Below, one piece after another: positions 17,697 through 24,933 of a stretch of 24,933 nt of DNA. The first letter of the stretch is position 1, and every line of letters begins with the position of its first letter. The notes beneath the pieces were generated by a model. It was not told the origin of the DNA, did not search any database, and saw only the letters and a list, made by a program, of their open reading frames with translations. Location: positions 1-24,933 of the forward strand of contig JANNWY010000204.1 of the NCBI GenBank assembly GCA_031409335.1, given 5' to 3'. The translations under genes were made by a program, and so were the position numbers. Origin of the DNA: Chthoniobacteraceae bacterium. Lineage in GTDB: Bacteria; Verrucomicrobiota; Verrucomicrobiia; Chthoniobacterales; Chthoniobacteraceae.

Positions 17697-20600
17697 TCAG
17701 CGCCTCACGCGGTAGAATCTGCGCGCCACGCCGGACGCGGTGGTGTCGGTCCATGTGTTTGTCTGGCCGACAGGGATGTCGGTCCAGTTCATCAAATCCT
17801 CCGACCACTGCACCGAGTAGCTGATGGTGCTCTGCGAGGGCCATGTGATCGTTACGTTGCCGCCGGAGCGCGCTGCGGCGGCGGCGAAGCTCGCGGGCGG
17901 GGTGACGGCGCTGACGGTGTAGGTGCCGCTCGCGCTCGAAGCGGTCGTGCCGCCGTTGCTGTCGGTCACGCTGAGGCTGTAGGTCACAGTCGTGCCGGCG
18001 GTCTGCACCGGGATCGCGGCGCCGAAGATTCCGTCGCCCGCGGCGCCGTCGCCGTGCAGGCCGTCGTCATACATGGTCACGCTGACAGGAGGTGCGCCGG
18101 TGGTCGTGCTGATGGTGATGTCGTCGAGGTAGGTCTTGGGTCCGGTTGGCCCTCCGACGTCGTTGCCGATGAATTGGAAACGCATCCGCAGCGTGCTCAC
18201 ACGATCGGTGGGTAGGAGGGTGTAGGTGTAAAGTTGGATGGCGTGATTGACGCCAGCCGGCTCACTGATGCGTGTGGTCCAATTCGTGCCCGCTGCATCC
18301 GTGGCGAGTTGGAAGTTCCAACCAAGACCTGCGGCAAGATTTGCGGTGCCGGCCCAGAACTGGACGGTGCCCGCAGTGCCGCTCGCGTTGATCGCGTTGG
18401 TCGTTTGAATCATCGTCGCGAGAGCGCTCGCAGTGCCTTTGTCGAACTGCACGCCGCAGATGTTCCCGGCACCGTGATTGGCGACGGCGAGTTGCTTGAT
18501 GTTGCCTGCGCCTCCGGTGCTGGTGACCGTCCATGGATACACTGCGCCGGCGCCATTCCAGCCACCGGTGGCTGTGGCTGTGTTGGACATTGTCTCGGCA
18601 AAGACGGTGCTCGTGGACTGTGTGCCGTCGCTGTAAGTGAGCTGCGCGTTGGTGATCGTCGCGCCGGATGCGGCGGCGAGCTGTGCGGTGACCCACACAT
18701 TGTCCACGTAGGTCGGCGTGTTCAACGACAGGCGCGTGTTCGTGATCGTCGGCGGCGGAATGACACCGGTGGCGCTCAGCGCAATGTCGAAGGCCGCGCC
18801 GACGGAAGGATCGCTGCTCGCGATGTGCAGCGCCGCGCTCTTCGCCCCGGCGCTGGCAGTGAACTGCACGACGAGCGATGTGCTCGCGCCCGCGGCGAGG
18901 CTGCTCGCGGGCGGCGTGGTGACAGTGAAGTTCGCCGCGTTCGTTCCATCGATCGTCCATCCCGTGATCGAGAGCGAAGTGTCGCCGTTGTTCGTAATCG
19001 TGAAGGCTTTCGAGGTGGTGCTGCCGACGTTCACATTTCCGTAGCCCACGGTGCTCACGCCATCGGTGAGCGCGTTCCCATTCTCCGACACGCCGATCTG
19101 CGTCGTCGTGGTGGGCGCGGTGCGCACGGCGAAGACCGGATATGTCGAGGCATACGGCTCGTAGCTCACGATGCCCTGCTGATTGCGCGACGGCGTGGAG
19201 GTCGTCGTCACGCCGAAGTCCACCAGCCACGCCTGCGTGGGCGTGCCCGACTTCACCGAGGTCGAGCTCCAGTAGGCCGTCGCCGTCGCCGCGGGGAAGA
19301 GCGTCCGATTCAGGTTCGGCGCGGTCGTGGTCGCCGAGGCCGTGGCGCGCGGGATGTCCTGGAGCGATTGCAGCTCCTTCACGTTCGGCAGCCGCCAGTC
19401 GCTGAAGCCGCCCGTCGTCAGCCCTTCCGCGTAGCTCAGCGCGCCCGTCCAGTTCACCGCGGACGAAGGGACCTGCGTCCACATGAGGCTCGTGTCGAGG
19501 TCGGTGATCGTGCCGTCGTTGTTGTTGAGATAATTGTGCCCGGTGGTCGGCTTCGCGCCGCGCACGTAGCGCGCGTGGAAGCGCAGCGCGCCGCCCGCGC
19601 TGAGCGTCGAGGTCTTCGGATGCGGCCCGATCCCGCCGCCGGTGTTCGTGGACCAGACCTTGGTGTTGTCGCCGTAGAAAAGATCGCTCGTCCAAAAGTA
19701 ACCCGGCGTGCCGCCCGCGTTGTTCACGAAGTAAGTGGGATTCAGCGCCGGATTGCGTTCGTGATCGAGGATGCTGAACGCCTCCTGCGCCGTCGGCAGC
19801 CGCCAGTCGGCGAAGCCCGCGAGATTCAGCGAAGTCGCGCCCGTGCGCGCCGTGTCCCACGTCATCTCGCCACTGTCCGTCTTCTGCCACATCAGGCCGG
19901 TCACGTTGTCCGTCACGGTGCCGTTGCCGTGGTCGGTGAAGCTCGGCGCATTGATCGTGTAATCGCTGTCTTCGCCGAAGGTCGCCGTGGCGTTGAGCGT
20001 CTGGCCGGTGTCGGGCAGCTTCGCCAGCGATGGGCCGGTCATCCGGTAGTAGTTGAAGCGCGACGTGCTCGTGTAAGTCGCGGGGGTGCCGGTGGGATTC
20101 GTCGGCGTCTGATGATTTACCGTCACCGTGTGCGCGATGCGATCGATCGAATAGGTCACCGTGTAAGTGGTGCCGCTCACCGTGTAAGTGAGCACATACG
20201 AATCGGGCGCTGGCCGCGCGAAGCCGGTGATGACCGCGCCCGCCAGCGGCGAACCCGCCGGCGCGATGGAACTCGCCGTCGGTTGCGGATCGATCTGCCC
20301 GCCGTAGTTCACCACCGTGCCGTGCATGGCATTCATCAGGTAAGGACTCTGCGGCCCCGACGCGACCGTGCCGCGCGCATGGTAGTGGTAACCCCAGCCG
20401 CCGTGATCGTGCCCGCCGTCCGCATCGAGCGGTTGCTGCGCGCTGCCGTCCGGTTCGAGGTAACCGTAGATCGGGTAACCATCCAGCGCCCACGCGCACG
20501 GCTTGTCCGGCGTGTGCACGGAATAGAGATGCGTCGGCGCGATGTGGTAGTGGTAATCGTCCGCGCGCCCGCAGTGCCCGCCGTAGGCATCCAGCTCGCC

Positions 20601-21362
20601 GATGGCCTGCGAAAACTGCCCCGTGTTATTCCGCGGGTTGAAGATCGGGATGCCATTCGCCGCGAGCGCCACCGCGCCGCGCAGAAAATTTCCCGTGAGC
20701 GAAATCGGCGACGCCGCCGGCACCGGCACGAGCGGAATCCGCCACACATTCGGCTGCCCATAGCCGAGTGAACCCGTGTCGCCCTCCGGGTTCGTGACAT
20801 TTCCAAAGTAGCCGACCGGAATCGGCAACTGCTGCTGCCACGCGGTGATGCCGACCATCGGATTCGGCATCAGCGTCGCGTCCGGCATCGAGTCGCCCTC
20901 GACGTAGAAGTAGGTCGCGTCGTTGTAAACGCGGACGCTCGGCTTGAAGGGCGAGAATGACGCGATCATCAGCGGCCCATTCCCCGGCGCGATCGCGTTC
21001 GTGAGCGGCGCGCCGAATCCGGTCGAAAGTGGGCTGAGTCCTGCATCCGCCCGTAGGAATGTCGGGTAGCGCCCTCGAGACGGCGACCACTGCCACGGCT
21101 GCGCAGGAGCGGGCCTTACCGCGCCGCGCGAGGGCGGCGTCTTGAACCAGCCCGGAGCACCCGGCCCGTTCGCTCGAGCCGGGAGCGACCGTTTCGATGC
21201 GCCCGTCTTGCCCTGATGCGACACGATGATCTGCGCACGCAACTCCTCGGTGAAGGCGTGGCCTTCACCCGCGTGCAGGTGAGAATCATGCGCCGAAGCA
21301 GCGAAGGTCGTGGCGAGGAACGCCAGGCCGAGCGCGATGCGATGTTCAAGACGGGGAACCAT
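17697..21362 (-). CDS. Large exported YHYH protein with two DUF1566 (Lcl-C) domains, Ig-like (choice-of-anchor D), jelly-roll-like insert, choice-of-anchor X and C-terminal 'RFYRV' domain (~1221 aa)
   Basis: Signal peptide from ATG 21362; GELDAYGGHCGRADDYHYH, WGYHYH; GNGTVTDNVTGLMWQ...DWRLPT and NDGTITDLDTSLMW...DWRLPNVKEL; FTITNNGDTSLSI; MYDDGLHGDGAAGDGIFG; YSVQWSEDLMNW...RRFYRVRR. Confidence 0.88.
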   Translation of the reverse strand: MVPRLEHRIALGLAFLATTFAASAHDSHLHAGEGHAFTEELRAQIIVSHQGKTGASKRSLPARANGPGAPGWFKTPPSRGAVRPAPAQPWQWSPSRGRYPTFLRADAGLSPLSTGFGAPLTNAIAPGNGPLMIASFSPFKPSVRVYNDATYFYVEGDSMPDATLMPNPMVGITAWQQQLPIPVGYFGNVTNPEGDTGSLGYGQPNVWRIPLVPVPAASPISLTGNFLRGAVALAANGIPIFNPRNNTGQFSQAIGELDAYGGHCGRADDYHYHIAPTHLYSVHTPDKPCAWALDGYPIYGYLEPDGSAQQPLDADGGHDHGGWGYHYHARGTVASGPQSPYLMNAMHGTVVNYGGQIDPQPTASSIAPAGSPLAGAVITGFARPAPDSYVLTYTVSGTTYTVTYSIDRIAHTVTVNHQTPTNPTGTPATYTSTSRFNYYRMTGPSLAKLPDTGQTLNATATFGEDSDYTINAPSFTDHGNGTVTDNVTGLMWQKTDSGEMTWDTARTGATSLNLAGFADWRLPTAQEAFSILDHERNPALNPTYFVNNAGGTPGYFWTSDLFYGDNTKVWSTNTGGGIGPHPKTSTLSAGGALRFHARYVRGAKPTTGHNYLNNNDGTITDLDTSLMWTQVPSSAVNWTGALSYAEGLTTGGFSDWRLPNVKELQSLQDIPRATASATTTAPNLNRTLFPAATATAYWSSTSVKSGTPTQAWLVDFGVTTTSTPSRNQQGIVSYEPYASTYPVFAVRTAPTTTTQIGVSENGNALTDGVSTVGYGNVNVGSTTSKAFTITNNGDTSLSITGWTIDGTNAANFTVTTPPASSLAAGASTSLVVQFTASAGAKSAALHIASSDPSVGAAFDIALSATGVIPPPTITNTRLSLNTPTYVDNVWVTAQLAAASGATITNAQLTYSDGTQSTSTVFAETMSNTATATGGWNGAGAVYPWTVTSTGGAGNIKQLAVANHGAGNICGVQFDKGTASALATMIQTTNAINASGTAGTVQFWAGTANLAAGLGWNFQLATDAAGTNWTTRISEPAGVNHAIQLYTYTLLPTDRVSTLRMRFQFIGNDVGGPTGPKTYLDDITISTTTGAPPVSVTMYDDGLHGDGAAGDGIFGAAIPVQTAGTTVTYSLSVTDSNGGTTASSASGTYTVSAVTPPASFAAAAARSGGNVTITWPSQSTISYSVQWSEDLMNWTDIPVGQTNTWTDTTASGVARRFYRVRR

Positions 21363-21372
21363 GCCGCCACAC

Positions 21373-21837
21373 TTACTTCTCGAGTTCGGGCCGCGCGAGC
21401 TTCGCTTCGGCGCCGGGAGCGCCTGGCCCGCCACCCGGTGGGCGGCCTTCACTACCTCCGCCCTGTCCGCCCGGACCTTGCCCGCGTCCGCCGGGGCCAG
21501 CGCCGGGGCCACCCTGGCTGCCGGGGCGCTGCGGGCGGAATTCGTCTTCGGTAAGTTTTCCGTCGCCGTTTTTGTCGAGCTTCTTGAGCGACTCGACGGC
21601 CTTGGCGAGTTCGTCGGCGTCGATGACGCCGTCCTTGTTCGCGTCGAGCGCCTCGATGATCGGGCTCGGCGGGCGTTGTCCACCGGAGCCGCCCGGACCT
21701 CCGGGACGGCCTTCGCCGCTGGCTGGACGTTGTCCGCCGCCGGGCGGGCCACCGACAGGCGGCTTGCCTTCCTGTGCGGTGATGAGGCTGCTGGATGCGC
21801 CGATGGCCAGCGCGAGGATGATGATTTGTTTTTTCAT
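21373..21837 (-). CDS. Exported EF-hand protein with Gly/Pro-rich arms
   Basis: Signal peptide MKKQIIILALAIGASSSLITA; LDANKDGVIDADE and LDKNGDGKLTEDE. Confidence 0.88.
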   Translation of the reverse strand: MKKQIIILALAIGASSSLITAQEGKPPVGGPPGGGQRPASGEGRPGGPGGSGGQRPPSPIIEALDANKDGVIDADELAKAVESLKKLDKNGDGKLTEDEFRPQRPGSQGGPGAGPGGRGQGPGGQGGGSEGRPPGGGPGAPGAEAKLARPELEK

Positions 21838-21849
21838 GGTGTGTTTTGG

Positions 21850-23226
21850 TTACTTGGTTTTTTCGGTGCCGGGAGACGGCGTTGATTCGATGCAGTAGAG
21901 CGCGCGATTGGAGCGCAGAATGAGTTGCCGGTCCGCGATGGCGGGCGTGGCGTTGAATTGCGAGTCGTCTCCCGCGATGCGGTTTTGCGCGACGAGTTTG
22001 AACTCGGGTTTCGCTTCAAAAACGAACGTCCCATTCTGCCGGCTGACGGCATGGACGCGGCCATCGGCGAGGACCGCGGAGGCATAGAAGGGCTTGCCGC
22101 CGCGGCCCGTCGCGCTCGCACCGGGCACGCGCTCTTTGTAGATCACGTTCCCCGATTTCGCGTCGAGGCAGGTGGCAAATCCGGCATCGCTCACGAAGTA
22201 GAGCCGCCCCTCGTGCAGCACCGGCGTCGGCACGTAGGTGCTGATGCTGCCGCTCCAGAGGATGTGCGTCTTGGTGACATCGCCCTTGCCGCCGGCGCGC
22301 ACGGCGATCGCGCCGAGCCGCGGAAATCCGCCGCAGACATACACCACGCCGTCGCCCGCGACGACGCTCGGCGCGACATTGCCCGTCAGCCCGGTTTCCA
22401 CAAACCAGCGGAGCTTGCCCGTGTCGGGATTGAGCCCCCACAGCTCGCCGGGAAGTGAGAAAACCAGATCGGTGCGACCTTCACTCTCCACCAGCACGGG
22501 CGTGCCGAAGCTATAGGTGAGACCCGCGCCCTCGGCCTTCCACGCGATTTTCCCGGTCTTCTTGTCGAGCGCGACCAGCGCGTGGCTCTCCTCGGAGGCG
22601 TTGATGATGACGAAGTCCTTGTAAAGAATCGGGCTGCCTCCGGAGCCCCAGCCCTTGCGATTGGAATCGGTGCCGAGGCTGGTCTGCCACAGCTTCGTGC
22701 CCGCGAGGTCGAAGGCCGCCGCGCCGCTCTTGCCAAAGAAGACATAGACGTGCTCGCCGTCGCTCGTCGGCGTGTGGCTCGCGTATCCGTGCTCGGTGAG
22801 AAAGCCGCCGAAGCTATCCTCCGGCTGCACCGCCGGCACTGCGGTGGACCAAGCGATCTTTCCATCCGCGCGATTCACGCAGACGAGGTGGCGCTGCAGT
22901 TTCTGCATGTCGCCGCTGCCGCGCTCGTCGCCGTAGCCCGAGTAGCAGGTGACGAAAACGCGGTCGCCCACGACGATCGGGCTGCTCGTGCCGGGGCCGG
23001 GCAGTTCCGCTTTCCAGCGCACATTCTGCGACTCGCTCCAGGTCACCGGAGGCTTCGCCTCAGCCGCGATGCCGGAGCCATTCGGCCCGCGAAAGCGCGC
23101 CCAGTCCGCCGCCGAGGCAATGTTCAATGCGAGAAGACTCGCGGCTGTTGCAGCCAGCACTAGACCGCGCTCGAACATTCGCGGGCGGCGGATCGCTGCG
23201 TGGATTCGATGCGGAGCGTGTTTCAT
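21850..23226 (-). CDS. Exported PQQ-like beta-propeller protein (BamB-like, PVC type)
   Basis: ADWARFRGPNGSG, WKAELPGPGTSSPIV, repeated ALDKKTGKIAW / GLNPDTGKLRW blades, FNATPA. Start 23226 is supported by motif spacing. Confidence 0.88.
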   Translation of the reverse strand: MKHAPHRIHAAIRRPRMFERGLVLAATAASLLALNIASAADWARFRGPNGSGIAAEAKPPVTWSESQNVRWKAELPGPGTSSPIVVGDRVFVTCYSGYGDERGSGDMQKLQRHLVCVNRADGKIAWSTAVPAVQPEDSFGGFLTEHGYASHTPTSDGEHVYVFFGKSGAAAFDLAGTKLWQTSLGTDSNRKGWGSGGSPILYKDFVIINASEESHALVALDKKTGKIAWKAEGAGLTYSFGTPVLVESEGRTDLVFSLPGELWGLNPDTGKLRWFVETGLTGNVAPSVVAGDGVVYVCGGFPRLGAIAVRAGGKGDVTKTHILWSGSISTYVPTPVLHEGRLYFVSDAGFATCLDAKSGNVIYKERVPGASATGRGGKPFYASAVLADGRVHAVSRQNGTFVFEAKPEFKLVAQNRIAGDDSQFNATPAIADRQLILRSNRALYCIESTPSPGTEKTK

Positions 23227-23246
23227 CGCTCCAATCATCCCACCTC

Positions 23247-23266
23247 AACCTTGAGTTGTGATGAAG
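23247..23266 (-). promoter_or_regulatory. Putative regulator-binding motif, copy 2
   Basis: CTTCATCACAACTCAAGGTT, 20 nt upstream of ATG 23226. Confidence 0.7.
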
Positions 23267-23309
23267 GGTGTCGCCATTTTTCAACTCGATGAGATCGAAG
23301 ACGACTGGA

Positions 23310-24932
23310 TCACTCGCTGGTCAGCGTTTTGAGGAAAGCGACCAGCGCGCGCTGGTCGGCTTCGCTGAGTTGCAGGCCGCCTTCGGGATGCTTGGCGAGA
23401 TTCGGATCGAGCGTGGGGCTGCGGTGGATGCCGGTGCTGTAGTGGGCGACGACTTCCTCCATCGTGGCAAAGCGGCCGTCGTGCATGTAGGGCGCGGTGC
23501 GCGCGACGTTGCGCAGGCTGGGCGTGGCGAACTTGTCGCGGTCGGCTTCGAGCTTCGTGGTGCGGAATCGGCCGGGGTCGTCGGCGCTCGGCGCGAGGCC
23601 GTTGTTGTGAAACTGGTGGTCGCTAAAGAGCGGGCCGCCGTGGCAGTGGAAGCAATCCGCGCCGAGTTGTCCGGTGCGCTGGTCGCGCTCCGTCATGAAC
23701 AACTCGAAGCCCCGCGTTTCGTCGTCACTCAGCGTGGCCTTTCCGCGCAGGGCGCGGTCGAACTTTGCGTCGTAGGACGTGAGGGTGAGGAGAAACTGTT
23801 CGAGCGCCAGCCCGAGCTTTTCCGCGGTGATTTCCGGCGAGCCGAAGGCGGCGGTGAAGAGCGCGGGATACTCTTTCGTGGCGGCGAGCTTGGCGGTGAC
23901 GCGGTCGAGTGTTTCATCCAACTCGGTGTGATCCTCGATGGGCATGAGCGCCTGCGCGCGAAGCGACGGCGCGCGGCCATCCCAGAAGAAGCTCGTCTTC
24001 CACGCGAGGTTGAAAAGCGGCATGGAGTTGCGCGCGCCTTTCTGACCGCGCACGCCGAGGCTGAAGCGGCGTGCGTCCGCAAACGCGAACGTCGAGACGT
24101 GGCAGGCGGCGCACGAGAGCGTGCCGTCGCGCGAGAGCGCGGCTTCGTTGAAGAGCGCCTTGCCGAGCGCGATGCGTTCCTCGATGAGCGGATTGTCGCG
24201 TGGCAGATCGGGCACGGGAAAAGTGCCGCTCATCGTAAAGCGATAGGGTGTGAATTTCTCGGGCAGATAGAGCGGCTTCACCGGCGCGGGTTTGCTGATC
24301 GCAGGTGCGGCGGAGAGGACCTGCGTCACGCGGAATGCGCCGGGGAGATTAGCGACGAGCGCGGCGGCGACGGGATCGCCGTCGCGCGAGTGCGTGGCGG
24401 CGCCGTCCTTTTCAAACGAGAGCGGACGCGGCGCGTTGAGCAGCGTGCCGAGATCGAAGTCGAGCAGCACCGCGGCGTCGTGCGTGAGGTCGAGCGGCGC
24501 GGCGAGGCTGATGCGGGTGCGGTTCGGATCGCGCGCGAGATGGTGCGCGTAGCCTTTCAGCTTCGCCGCGCCGACCCGGTAGTGGCCCTCGACGGCGAGG
24601 AAGATGTAGCCCGTCTGCCAGCTCCAGTGCAGCCCGTTGAGGTTGGGATTCAGCGGATGATCGGCGGCCAGCTTCGCCGGGTCCGCGGTGTTCGCCTTCG
24701 CATCCGGGCCGAGGTGGAATCGCAGCGCGCGATATTTTCCCTCCGGCACTCCTTCGAGACGGACCACCGTGCGCCGTTTCGCCGCATCCATCCACGCGTA
24801 ACGATCCGGCACATCCACCCACACGCCATCCTCACGCTCGACGGCAAACCCGCTCAGCAAATAACTGAGCCGCGTGGCCGACAGCGTTTCGCCCGCGGCA
24901 TTCTGGTAGCGCAGCGAGTCGAGCAGGAGCGG
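23310..24932 (-). CDS. MbnP-family domain fused to MbnH/MauG-type di-heme cytochrome c peroxidase (5' end outside window)
   Basis: The frame is open to the window edge (PLLLDSLRYQNAAGETLSATRLSYLLSGF). MbnP-like region: RFHLG..ANTADP...HPL...LHWSWQTGYIF. Then LGKALF...LSRDGTLSCAACH, RNSMPLFN, FWDGRA, CFHCH, FHNNGL, FATPSLRNVARTAPYMHDGRF. Confidence 0.85.
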   Translation of the reverse strand, partial: PLLLDSLRYQNAAGETLSATRLSYLLSGFAVEREDGVWVDVPDRYAWMDAAKRRTVVRLEGVPEGKYRALRFHLGPDAKANTADPAKLAADHPLNPNLNGLHWSWQTGYIFLAVEGHYRVGAAKLKGYAHHLARDPNRTRISLAAPLDLTHDAAVLLDFDLGTLLNAPRPLSFEKDGAATHSRDGDPVAAALVANLPGAFRVTQVLSAAPAISKPAPVKPLYLPEKFTPYRFTMSGTFPVPDLPRDNPLIEERIALGKALFNEAALSRDGTLSCAACHVSTFAFADARRFSLGVRGQKGARNSMPLFNLAWKTSFFWDGRAPSLRAQALMPIEDHTELDETLDRVTAKLAATKEYPALFTAAFGSPEITAEKLGLALEQFLLTLTSYDAKFDRALRGKATLSDDETRGFELFMTERDQRTGQLGADCFHCHGGPLFSDHQFHNNGLAPSADDPGRFRTTKLEADRDKFATPSLRNVARTAPYMHDGRFATMEEVVAHYSTGIHRSPTLDPNLAKHPEGGLQLSEADQRALVAFLKTLTSE

Positions 24933-24933
24933 G

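Noticed and set aside
5297..23163. Long alternative ORFs (e.g. 5297-6985, 13374-14813, 18234-20771, 18262-20499)
   Set aside because: Antisense or off-frame shadows of GC-rich genes, with Arg/Ala-rich translations and no motifs.
1..24933. CRISPR array, tRNA or rRNA
   Set aside because: No regularly spaced direct repeats with unique spacers and no recognisable structural RNA were seen.
23310..24933. Methanobactin biosynthetic cluster
   Set aside because: No mbnA/B/C-like genes are in the window, and MbnPH homologues occur widely outside Mbn operons.

Overview
GC-rich bacterial DNA, most consistent with Verrucomicrobiota or a PVC relative (PSCyt/PSD1 protein, PQQ-like propellers, an 'S.DL..W...RFYRV' C-terminal domain). 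It has four zones. (1) 1-3830 is an IS-bounded accessory patch: the start of an IS5/IS1182-like transposase, a visibly AT-richer two-gene cassette (4-TM protein plus secreted caspase/PG-binding/FGE-sulfatase-fold protein), then debris (IS3 stub, two histidine-kinase fragments, truncated VapC with intact Phd antitoxin). (2) 3883-8474 holds an alpha/beta-hydrolase and a PSCyt1-PSCyt2-LamG-PSD1 gene frameshifted exactly at a 7-bp tandem repeat. (3) 8891-13230 is a surface-glycan modification operon (sulfotransferase, GT2, asnB-type amidotransferase) that breaks off in a GT4 stub fused to a phage-like endonuclease fragment followed by iteron-like repeats. (4) 13305-24933 is a co-oriented minus-strand cluster of mostly exported proteins: MbnP-MbnH(MauG-type) fusion, PQQ-like propeller, EF-hand protein, and three YHYH-domain proteins with different C-terminal cargo (DUF1566/Ig/anchor; PEBP; EF-hand plus sulfatase with one in-frame TAA). 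Two genes in zone 4 share an upstream motif (CTTCATCA-N3-CTCAAGGTT) exactly 20 nt before their ATG, and all three YHYH proteins are predicted to start with His after signal cleavage. Zone 4 is the best candidate for an undescribed, co-regulated extracellular metal (probably copper)-dependent system. REP/REPIN-like elements and heptamer repeats occur throughout. All family calls come from motif recognition by eye, not database searches.
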